A stretch of DNA of 30,489 nucleotides from an uncultured Flavobacteriales bacterium (GTDB lineage Bacteria > Bacteroidota > Bacteroidia > Flavobacteriales_D > Crocinitomicaceae): NCBI GenBank assembly GCA_905479845.1, contig CAJQOB010000239.1, positions 1 to 30,489 on the forward strand, given 5' to 3'. Under the pieces are notes generated by a model that was not told where the DNA came from, searched no databases, and was given only the letters and a program-made list of their open reading frames with translations. A program made the translations under genes and the position numbers. The first letter of the stretch is position 1. The number at the start of each line of letters is the position of its first letter. Shown here piece by piece: positions 1 through 8,406 of this stretch.

Positions 1-1
1 A

Positions 2-601
2 TTCGAAAAAGAACTCTCCGTAATTGTTGCTCGAAATGAAAAAGGTGAAACAGCCGTTTACCAAACCGTGGAATGTGAGTTTAACGAAGTTAATCTAGTT
101 GCCTTCTTATTTTCACCCGCCAACATTTCAAGTGATATTGAAAAGCGCGCAACTGAGCTCGCTATTGACGTGATCAATAAGTTAGAAATGGTAGGTATTC
201 TCGCAGTTGAGCTATTCTTACTCTCTGACGGTACTCTTCTGGTAAATGAAGTTGCTCCACGACCTCACAACAGTGGACACCATACCATTGAATGCAACGT
301 TACTTCGCAGTTTGAACAACACATGCGTTCTGTTTTAAACCTACCTCTAGGATCAACAGAAATGATTCGCGAAGGAGCAATGATTAATCTGCTTGGAGAA
401 GTTGGGTACACGGGAAGAGCTCACTACGAAGGCCTTGAAGAAGTTATGGGCATGCCTGGAGTTCATATCCATTTATACGGAAAAAAGGACACCAAACCCA
501 ACCGAAAGATGGGCCACATCACAGTTGCTCAAAAAAACATCAATGACGCAAAACGCGTTGCAAATGAAGTAAAAGGTAAGATTCGGGTGATCACTAAGTA
601 G
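2..601 (+). CDS. purK: N5-carboxyaminoimidazole ribonucleotide synthase, C-terminal part (5' end outside window)
   Basis: Frame is open from position 2 (FEKELSVIVARNEKGETAVY...). It contains the PurK motifs NEVAPRPHNSGHHT, SQFEQHMR and HLYGKKDTKPNRKMGHIT. Confidence 0.95.
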   Translation, partial: FEKELSVIVARNEKGETAVYQTVECEFNEVNLVAFLFSPANISSDIEKRATELAIDVINKLEMVGILAVELFLLSDGTLLVNEVAPRPHNSGHHTIECNVTSQFEQHMRSVLNLPLGSTEMIREGAMINLLGEVGYTGRAHYEGLEEVMGMPGVHIHLYGKKDTKPNRKMGHITVAQKNINDAKRVANEVKGKIRVITK

Positions 602-664
602 AGCTCCTATGAACGGAAGTTTTTTGTATATTGATTGAATTAAATTTTAGGAAACTACCACAAC

Positions 665-3600
665 TTGAGAGCATTAATCACCCTTCTTTTTGCTGTTCTG
701 TTCATCTTTCAAGTGAACGCTCAACTCTACACGTTTCAAAACTACACGCACCGAGATGGACTTTCCATGTCCAAAATCAATGCTTTCGAACAGTCTAGTG
801 ATGGATACCTCTGGTTAGGAACAGATGGAGCTGCATTAATTCGCTTCGATGGAAAAAAATTCAAGGAGATTCAAATGGACGGCTCCAATGGAACCTTCCA
901 CTACAAAGATTTAGTCGCAAAAAAAGACGCTATCTATTTCGCCACAAGTTATTCGGGTTTTCGAAAGTACTCTAGAACAAAGAAGACGGTTGAACGACTT
1001 GACAATCGGGATCTGAAAATTGGAGACGGCCTTAAGATAATTGTTCAAGAATCATGCATCTACTTTATCGGCACCTTGGCAATTAGTCGATATCGAAATG
1101 GAGAAGAAAAAATTGTAAAGCGGTTCTCGAAAGGTCTCGGCAATGGCGTTGCTCAGGTAATTGAAACTCCACATGGAGTTTTCCTCACGTCGGATGAAGG
1201 AGTTTTCTTTTTCAAAGACAATGAATTCAAGGAGATTAAGAATTCTCCTAAAACTGCCTCGATTGAAAATTACAATCAGTTCCAATTTGGTTGGTACAAA
1301 TCGGATAGGCTGACCTTATACAATTCGACATTTAATCAAAAAATCGTCTTCAAGTTCAGCAAAGACGGCAGCATTGAATCAGTTAAACAACGGGCTCATC
1401 AGAAGTTCTTTCAAGATGATGAATATGCTGTTGCTGCAGATTTCCATCCAAGCTTGGATCAGCGCGTGATTCTCACAAACGAAGGGCGTATTTTCACAGA
1501 AAGACTAGATACATTTGAACGAATTGCCCACAATTACCTTGAACCATTCCAAGTTCCAGATGGAATAGTCTTTGGCGAAACAACTAGTCAAAACTTCAAT
1601 ATTGATGTACCACTTTGGAATTCAAAATGGTTCATTGTATTTATTGTAATCATCGTTTTATTACTTAATATCTTTCTTCTTGTTTATGGTAGACGGTACG
1701 ATTCGTCTCAGCTGTTAGGCACGAAGGACACGGAGTTACATATTCAGATGGCCCCAACTACACTTTTGTTCGGAGCGCTTATTTCTACGATAACACATCT
1801 TGTTGGAAGCTACTTTGACGACAGCCTAGGAACGAATCTTGGAATGATATTCCTAGTTGGTTTCGTCATGTTCACATTGTACATCATTTCGCTTTCTGCG
1901 AAGAAAAATGGGATGCAACATATTTTCAAATACCTCCTAACCATTGGTATTTATGTAATCATCTTTCACTTTTTCGGAGAACTCTACATTTCTAACCTAC
2001 ATCCCTTCCATTTGATTGGAATTGTTTTAACCGTATCCATCGCTCCGTTCATACTCAATAGAATTGTAAATACGGTAACGTTCGGAATAGTCGTCTTTAT
2101 GATCTCACTGCTATGTGTCTTTTTCATTGAAGACCCCGTTTACTCAAAGATCAATTTCATGATTGCCATTGTTGCATCAATTGGACTGCTTATCATCAAT
2201 ACGTATTTACGCTACAACTCTCTTGAGAAACTAATGTTTATTAGTGGAATCATCAATAGAGGAAACTTCCCTGTTGTGGCATACTCAGCTGATGGAACAA
2301 TCACCTACGTAAGTGAAAACATTTCTCAGTTCGCAGATATCACGCATAATGACCTGATAAGAAACAAAATTTCATTTTTGAACACTTTCGTTCCTTTCGA
2401 TGATCGATACAAGGAGCAGGATGCAACAGTTGAATTTATTGAAGGGTCGAAATACTTAATTCCGATGGCCGATGCAGATCAAAATGTTCGGTGGATGGAA
2501 TGGTCGTACAAGCGCTTTTCGGAAAATACTCGAGTAATCATTGGACAAGACGTGAGTGAACGAATCGAACTTCAAAACACCTACGAATTGCTCGTCCAAA
2601 ATGTTGAAGACCTAATTTTCACGGTTGACATCGACGGGAATTTTGTATTTCTAAATGATACTTTCCTTAGTAGAACAGGATACACGAAGGAAGAATTGAT
2701 AGGAAAGAATTCGATGAGTGTTGTAAGTGAAGAATGTAGAGAGGAAATAGCCTACTTCTATCGAAGTCATTTCCTAGAAAGAAAAGCAAGTTCGTACAAA
2801 GAACTACCGATGATCACCAAATCAGGAGAAACTATTTGGATCGGTCAATATGTGAATACGATCTACACGCCTGGTACAACGAATCACGTCAAAGGATTCA
2901 TCTCGTTAGCGCGTGATATAACAGATTTGAGAAGACAACAAAAATTAATGACTGCTCAACGTGACGATATCACGGCCAGTATCAATTACGCGCAGCGCAT
3001 TCAATTCAATCTCCTCCCTAACCAACGCATGTTCGAAGAGCATTTCGAACATTACTTCATCATGTTTAGTCCAAAAGATATTGTCTCTGGAGATTTCTAT
3101 TGGATGCAAAAGATTGACAATAAACTTGTACTCGTTCTTGGTGACTGTACAGGACATGGTGTACCTGGGGCATTTATGACTTTGTTAGGAATCAACCTTC
3201 TGAATAATATTGTTCTGGAAGCTAGATTGACAGAACCCGGAATGATTTTGAACGAACTTGACAAGCGTTTACAGGAGTACTTTGGTGCAACGGGGAAAGC
3301 CAAAATGACTGATGGCATGGAGCTCACGATATGTGTCATGGACGACCTAAAAGAAGAAGTCTCTTATGCTTGTGCTGGCTCCCGATTCTTGATTAAGAAT
3401 GATTACGGGTTCACTCTTTACAAAGGAAACAACGAGCACATTGGCGATCAGAAGTCCAATAATTTCAAAGGGTACATAACTCAGTACACCAGCATTGGTG
3501 CTGATGACACGGTTTACTTCTTTACTGATGGATTCCAAGATCAATTTGGTGGAGTTAAGAATAAGAAATATTCTTTCCGACGATTACTCGATTTACTTGA

Positions 3601-3736
3601 ATCTAACGTAAATTTGAGCCTTGAAGATCAACGAATGATGATTGAAGCCGAATTTGATCAATGGATGTCGAATCAACCTCAAACGGACGACGTTACAATC
3701 ATTGGGGTTCAAAGAAGATATAAAAAACACGATTAA
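665..3736 (+). CDS. Membrane sensor Ser/Thr phosphatase: signal peptide, short Reg_prop beta-propeller, about 7 TM helices, two PAS domains, SpoIIE/PP2C domain
   Basis: TTG start and signal peptide. Reg_prop-like start (YTHRDGLSMSKINAFEQSSDGYLWLGT). Hydrophobic block at about aa 320-515. PAS S-box (LVQNVEDLIFTVDIDGNFVFLN). PP2C motifs PKDIVSGDFYW, GDCTGHGVPGAFM, FTDGFQDQFGG and QTDDVTIIG. Confidence 0.9.
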   Translation: MRALITLLFAVLFIFQVNAQLYTFQNYTHRDGLSMSKINAFEQSSDGYLWLGTDGAALIRFDGKKFKEIQMDGSNGTFHYKDLVAKKDAIYFATSYSGFRKYSRTKKTVERLDNRDLKIGDGLKIIVQESCIYFIGTLAISRYRNGEEKIVKRFSKGLGNGVAQVIETPHGVFLTSDEGVFFFKDNEFKEIKNSPKTASIENYNQFQFGWYKSDRLTLYNSTFNQKIVFKFSKDGSIESVKQRAHQKFFQDDEYAVAADFHPSLDQRVILTNEGRIFTERLDTFERIAHNYLEPFQVPDGIVFGETTSQNFNIDVPLWNSKWFIVFIVIIVLLLNIFLLVYGRRYDSSQLLGTKDTELHIQMAPTTLLFGALISTITHLVGSYFDDSLGTNLGMIFLVGFVMFTLYIISLSAKKNGMQHIFKYLLTIGIYVIIFHFFGELYISNLHPFHLIGIVLTVSIAPFILNRIVNTVTFGIVVFMISLLCVFFIEDPVYSKINFMIAIVASIGLLIINTYLRYNSLEKLMFISGIINRGNFPVVAYSADGTITYVSENISQFADITHNDLIRNKISFLNTFVPFDDRYKEQDATVEFIEGSKYLIPMADADQNVRWMEWSYKRFSENTRVIIGQDVSERIELQNTYELLVQNVEDLIFTVDIDGNFVFLNDTFLSRTGYTKEELIGKNSMSVVSEECREEIAYFYRSHFLERKASSYKELPMITKSGETIWIGQYVNTIYTPGTTNHVKGFISLARDITDLRRQQKLMTAQRDDITASINYAQRIQFNLLPNQRMFEEHFEHYFIMFSPKDIVSGDFYWMQKIDNKLVLVLGDCTGHGVPGAFMTLLGINLLNNIVLEARLTEPGMILNELDKRLQEYFGATGKAKMTDGMELTICVMDDLKEEVSYACAGSRFLIKNDYGFTLYKGNNEHIGDQKSNNFKGYITQYTSIGADDTVYFFTDGFQDQFGGVKNKKYSFRRLLDLLESNVNLSLEDQRMMIEAEFDQWMSNQPQTDDVTIIGVQRRYKKHD

Positions 3737-4140
3737 TGAAAGTTTGCCGAAGGGAAACCTTTAACTCAGCCCATCGCCTATTCCGTGAGGATTGGAGTGA
3801 TAAGAAGAATCTTGAAGTTTTTGGAAAGTGTAGTCACCCCAATTTTCATGGGCACAACTACGCCTTAGAAGTATGGGTAGATGGCGAAATCGATCCAGAA
3901 ACTGGGTTTGTGATTGACTTGAAAATATTAAAACATATCATCCTTGACCATGTCATTGAGCGTTTTGATCACCGAAATCTAAATCTGGACTGTCCAGAAT
4001 TCAAAGGAATCAATCCAACAACAGAGAACATCGCCAGAGTCATCTGGAACATCTTACGTGAAAACCTTGATTCGAAATTTGGTATTGAGGTACAGCTCTC
4101 AGAAACAGAGAAGAACAAAGTTCTCTACAACGGAAATTGA
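3736..4140 (+). CDS. queD: 6-carboxytetrahydropterin / 6-pyruvoyltetrahydropterin synthase
   Basis: FNSAHRL, GKCSHPNFHGHNY, DLKILK, FDHRNLN, PTTENIA and ETEKN motifs. TAATG overlap with the upstream gene. Confidence 0.9.
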   Translation: MKVCRRETFNSAHRLFREDWSDKKNLEVFGKCSHPNFHGHNYALEVWVDGEIDPETGFVIDLKILKHIILDHVIERFDHRNLNLDCPEFKGINPTTENIARVIWNILRENLDSKFGIEVQLSETEKNKVLYNGN

Positions 4141-4185
4141 TCCTAGAATCATTGGATTCCTTAATTTCGCGCTAAATCTCATTGA

Positions 4186-5307
4186 ATGAAGAAGAAGAAA
4201 AGATCTTTTTGGGAGCGCTATGCGTATAAGCAATTATCGAAAAACGTCAGAACTCAGCAAGACGACAATCTCTCCATTCTTTCCGATCAGGAAAAGGAGG
4301 CACTTCGGAAAATTCGTATTTCGACCTATCTCAAAGCTGGACTCGCAGGAGCACTTGGAATTGTACTTCTGTATGTCCCCTATCATATATTCGGCGAGAC
4401 TCTTTTTCCCAAAAGAGACATTTGGATTCCGATTTATGAGGATTACATGAGCTTGGAAATCGAATTTTTGATTTACAGTATCGTTCTCGTCTTTATTGAA
4501 ATTTGGTACTTGACGCTTATTAATATTCAAGCGGTTGACAGAATTGCGAAAGCTTGTGGGTGCCTAAATCCAAATGACTCCAATTTTGAAGAAAAAGTTG
4601 ATTCCCTTATCAAAGTTGGACTTGAAAAGAAACACAAAGAACTGGTAAAAGTAGGAATCAATCCGTACGAAGGTCTTTCCAAATGGGGAGTTGTCGCATT
4701 TCAGATTGTCGTCAAAATGAAAGCTGCTATAAGTGGGTTCATCTGGAAGATTTTCGTTTCGAAAATTTTGGGTAGATATGCCTTTAGAATGATTGTTGAT
4801 GTCTTAGGAGCACCTATCTACGCAGCTTGGAATATTTATGCTTCCAGAAAAGTAATGAACGAAGCCCGAGTTCGGGTCATGGCACCACCGTTGATCAATA
4901 ACTTTTCACTCCAACTCGAAAGTGAGTTCAAAGGAAATGAAGAATTTCAATCCATTATTTACCCTACCCTACAAGCCATCTCTGTTTCAAAACGTTCGTT
5001 TCATTATAACCATTTCTTGCTGGCGACCTCTCTACTCACACGATTCGATATCGAGGTTCAAACGGATCCCGACTACGATCGCGACTTCTTAAAAAAAGTA
5101 GATGAATTGTCACCAGAAATTCAAAAAGCAGTTTCCAAACTGATTGTCTTTGGAATTCTTATCGATGGTGGACTTTCACAAATTGAAAAACGTTCCTTAA
5201 TCCGTTTGAAAAAAGAAGGAGTTCTGCCCTACAGCCTCGATGAAGTGAAAGTTTGGTCGAACAACTATTTCGAAGGAAAAGGGATGAATGACCTCTTGGA
5301 GAACTAA
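4186..5307 (+). CDS. Hypothetical integral membrane protein
   Basis: 373-aa ORF with an ATG start and several hydrophobic segments (about aa 50-70 and 90-112, plus an amphipathic region at about aa 165-220). No family confidently recognised. Confidence 0.75.
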   Translation: MKKKKRSFWERYAYKQLSKNVRTQQDDNLSILSDQEKEALRKIRISTYLKAGLAGALGIVLLYVPYHIFGETLFPKRDIWIPIYEDYMSLEIEFLIYSIVLVFIEIWYLTLINIQAVDRIAKACGCLNPNDSNFEEKVDSLIKVGLEKKHKELVKVGINPYEGLSKWGVVAFQIVVKMKAAISGFIWKIFVSKILGRYAFRMIVDVLGAPIYAAWNIYASRKVMNEARVRVMAPPLINNFSLQLESEFKGNEEFQSIIYPTLQAISVSKRSFHYNHFLLATSLLTRFDIEVQTDPDYDRDFLKKVDELSPEIQKAVSKLIVFGILIDGGLSQIEKRSLIRLKKEGVLPYSLDEVKVWSNNYFEGKGMNDLLEN

Positions 5308-5335
5308 ATGGTATGATGCTTGGTGAGCAATCGAT

Positions 5336-6124
5336 ATGAAAATCCTTTATGCCGCAATGATAGCTTGCACCCTTGGTAGTTGCACGACTTCGACAAGCTC
5401 TGCTCAAAACCAAACAAATCAGCCTGAAACATCTAGTGAGAGAGAAATTGTCGCCACCGAAGTTGATGAACATTTCCACGAACATGACACCGTCCAAGAA
5501 TCCTCAGAATCCGTTGGTTCTGTCTCAAATGGAAGCTTGAAGAATGGGAGAATCGTCCCATTTTCAGGAAAGAACTATCATTATTTCGATACAACAAGTT
5601 ACTTGGCGAATAGAGGGTTTACTCATGAAAAAGTGCTTAACACAGTTCTAGAAACATACGAAGTACTAGATTCCCTACTTCCTGGGAAACACTTCTGTAT
5701 CATGGAATGTTCTCACCAACAGGGAGGAAAACTGTACCCACATCGAACGCATCAAAATGGTATGAGCGTCGACTTCATGATGCCCAAACTAAAAGACAAA
5801 GAACCATATTACGGCTTGGATAACCTTGGAGCGCAGCACTACATGCTCACCTTTGACAAAAACGGGAAGTACTCAAAAGACCCTTCCATCGAACTTGATT
5901 TCAACACCATTGCATTGCACATCCTTGAACTTCAGTCAGCAGCAAAAAAGAACGGAATGAGCATTGAGAAAGTTATTATCAATACTGGTCTAAAAGATGA
6001 ATTATTTGCTACAGAGCATGGTAAAACTCTAAAACAAAGCGGGATCTACGTTGTTCGAAATTTATCTCCGTTGATTAATTCAGTTCACGACGACCATTTT
6101 CATATTGATTTTAAGTTGGATTAG
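5336..6124 (+). CDS. mepA: Penicillin-insensitive murein endopeptidase (MepA-like, LAS Zn peptidase), predicted lipoprotein
   Basis: Lipobox LGSC. Zn-ligand motifs HRTHQNGMSVDF (H-x6-D) and HDDHFHIDF (HxH). GSVSNGSLKNG resembles the MepA N-terminal motif. Confidence 0.8.
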   Translation: MKILYAAMIACTLGSCTTSTSSAQNQTNQPETSSEREIVATEVDEHFHEHDTVQESSESVGSVSNGSLKNGRIVPFSGKNYHYFDTTSYLANRGFTHEKVLNTVLETYEVLDSLLPGKHFCIMECSHQQGGKLYPHRTHQNGMSVDFMMPKLKDKEPYYGLDNLGAQHYMLTFDKNGKYSKDPSIELDFNTIALHILELQSAAKKNGMSIEKVIINTGLKDELFATEHGKTLKQSGIYVVRNLSPLINSVHDDHFHIDFKLD

Positions 6125-6235
6125 TTGGAGAATATCAAAACTTGGGATCAAAAGGCTTTGCAGTATTGAAGATATCACTCGCAGCACTGATATTGCTTAA
6201 CTTAACAAAATATGATGCTTTTCGCAGTACACCTT

Positions 6236-7189
6236 ATGAAAACCATACTGTTCTTATTCACTATACTTGCTTCCAACTGGGGATTAAGTCAAAATCGCGT
6301 TGTAAAAGACAATCTAGACTGTCTCTACGGAATAAAGAATCCTGAAGGAGATTGGGTAGTGAAGCCCAAATACATCTTACTTACGGGCTACACCTATGGT
6401 TATTTTGTTACACAGGAAGGACCAAATTACGGTTTACTCGCTCAAGATGGAAAGGAGCTTCTTCCTTGCGAATACAGTAGTATCGAACCAATGAATTACA
6501 ATTGGCATCCTCAAGGGCTTGGGCAGCCAACTCAACAAACATCCACTGGCGGGGCACCAATCCTGTTTAAGGTCAAAAAAAACAACATGCGCGCATTGAT
6601 CAGCGCATCAGGAAAAACTCTGGTACCATTAAGCACGCCGTTTTTTAAAGCCGACGGACAACAGCACATCATCATTACGGAGTATAAGAAGCCAAATCAC
6701 TTCACAAGTTACATCGACCTAGAAGGGAATTATGTGTTCAAAGACCTCCCAGGAGCAATACAACCCTTCCGATCCAACCAAATCGCGCTAATTGGTCTGC
6801 GTACCCCAGGGTCCAATGGCACGGTTGAAGGAAATGTTCGAGTGATCAACAAAAAAGGCCAATATATCAGTCCGCATTAATTTAGTCGCGCATTAATTTG
6901 CAGTAAAGGACGAATTGTTTTTGAAGACAGTCTCGGACACATTGGAACCATGGATGCAACAGGACGGATTCTTATCCAACCGAAATATGAATTGGTTTTT
7001 AAATCATATTCACGACAAAACATTCTACCGTGTTTATACAGCTCGCAGCACACCTTCACTATCAAAGATGATGCTGGAAAACTTGGACTGATGGATGGGT
7101 CGGGAAAAGTACTGTGCGTTCCAGAATACGATCATTTGCGGAGATATTTATTGATTGATAAGTCAGACTCAAAAGGCCCAACCAATTGA
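6236..7189 (+). pseudogene. WG-repeat secreted protein interrupted by an in-frame TAA at 6878-6880
   Basis: ORFs 6212-6880 and 6950-7189 share a frame, and the only stop between them is TAA 6878-6880. WG-like repeats occur on both sides (YGIKNPEGDWVVKPKY, YGLLAQDGKELLPCEY / IGTMDATGRILIQPKY, LGLMDGSGKVLCVPEY). The signal peptide starts at ATG 6236. Confidence 0.75.
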
Positions 7190-7843
7190 CATTGAAGTAC
7201 TCAACCCCGTACTTTTCATTGGTCCCAAATCAACTTTTGGCGAAGTTGAAAACCAAACTTTTCTCCATCTTGATCGAGTGATGTCTAGTTCATATTCGGC
7301 TCGGAACTGTATACTAATCTTACCCAAATTAAATCTTGGTGCAATCGTTACGCAGGTTGCGAAATATGCATTAACTTGTTCTAATCTTGAATCTCCAAAA
7401 AGTCTTATTCGTCCTGTTTTGAAACCCGGAAAAAAGATTAAATCCACCCAACGTTTGCGTCTAAAAAAGTCATATCCAAAGATTGCGAAGCGAAAATTAA
7501 ATCCAGAAACTCTACCTGTTAGCGTATCACTCAATGCGATCTCCTGTGGAACGGCATGACTGAAACCTATTGTACCTGGATGGTACCGTTTTCGATTAAC
7601 CCAGTAGATTAAAGTCATTCCTACGCCAACATAATTGAGAGGCTGCCCAGTTGCGTAATCCTTGAAGTCTTTAAACGATCCATTCAAAACCTCGTTCTGA
7701 AATATCTTCTGACCAAATGTCACTTCAACGGAGGTAGGAAAATTCTCATAGTAAATCGAGTCGTATCGCGAAATAGAACTCTGCCCTAAAACTTCAAAGG
7801 GTAGCATGAATATGAGGAGAAGAAAATAGATTAATCGAATCAT
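7169..7843 (-). CDS. Hypothetical outer-membrane beta-barrel protein
   Basis: Signal peptide from ATG 7843 (MIRLIYFLLLIFMLPFEVLGQ), alternating amphipathic strands and a C-terminal MSIGWAF ending in Phe. Confidence 0.65.
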   Translation of the reverse strand: MIRLIYFLLLIFMLPFEVLGQSSISRYDSIYYENFPTSVEVTFGQKIFQNEVLNGSFKDFKDYATGQPLNYVGVGMTLIYWVNRKRYHPGTIGFSHAVPQEIALSDTLTGRVSGFNFRFAIFGYDFFRRKRWVDLIFFPGFKTGRIRLFGDSRLEQVNAYFATCVTIAPRFNLGKISIQFRAEYELDITRSRWRKVWFSTSPKVDLGPMKSTGLSTSMSIGWAF

Positions 7844-7935
7844 TTTAAATAGAACAATCCCGAGCACTCAATAGTTACATCACAGGTATTCTTGGAACTT
7901 AGTAGAGCTATCCCCGATATCAATCAAAATATCAC

Positions 7936-8298
7936 TTACTTCACATAATCCTGCTTCTGCACCAACATATACTGATCTCCCTCCAACTTCAAATATCCCT
8001 GATCATAGCAAAAGAAGTACGTTGCCCCTTTCTTCGTGATATACGTGTTCGTGAAATAATGAAAATTGAAGCCTTCCTCTGCCATACGAATACCATCAAC
8101 CGTTACCTTCCCTTTTGGATTCAATTCTGTTAGAATTCTGCGATTCTTTCGTAAAATATTATTGATTCTGCGAATGTATTTTGTAGCATCCTGATTCTGG
8201 CGATTATTGTACGAATTCCTGCAATAATCGGAGCAATATTTCTGATCCTTACGTCCTAATAATTTTTGACCACACTCATTACATTTTCGAGCTTCCAT
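7936..8298 (-). CDS. Conserved Bacteroidota Zn-ribbon protein (DUF2116-like N-terminus)
   Basis: CNECG...GRKDQKYCSDYCRNSYNN (CxxC...CxxxC), followed by a basic helix INNILRKNRRIL and GFNFHYFT. Confidence 0.75.
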   Translation of the reverse strand: MEARKCNECGQKLLGRKDQKYCSDYCRNSYNNRQNQDATKYIRRINNILRKNRRILTELNPKGKVTVDGIRMAEEGFNFHYFTNTYITKKGATYFFCYDQGYLKLEGDQYMLVQKQDYVK

Positions 8299-8406
8299 AT
8301 TGGATAAATAGCAGTTTGGTTACTAAACAATGTTAACAATAATTAACAGCAAAACCAAGCCCTTACGATCATATCTTTACATTTTTGTTTGATCTTAAAG
8401 AACACC

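Noticed and set aside
6878-6880. TAA reassignment (alternative genetic code) as the explanation for the in-frame stop
   Set aside because: Genes with conserved C-termini in this window end at TAA (for example yoeB ...RHY-TAA, pdxJ, moxR), so the standard code applies.
7155-7559. 134-aa plus-strand ORF
   Set aside because: It is an antisense shadow of the barrel gene with no recognisable motifs.
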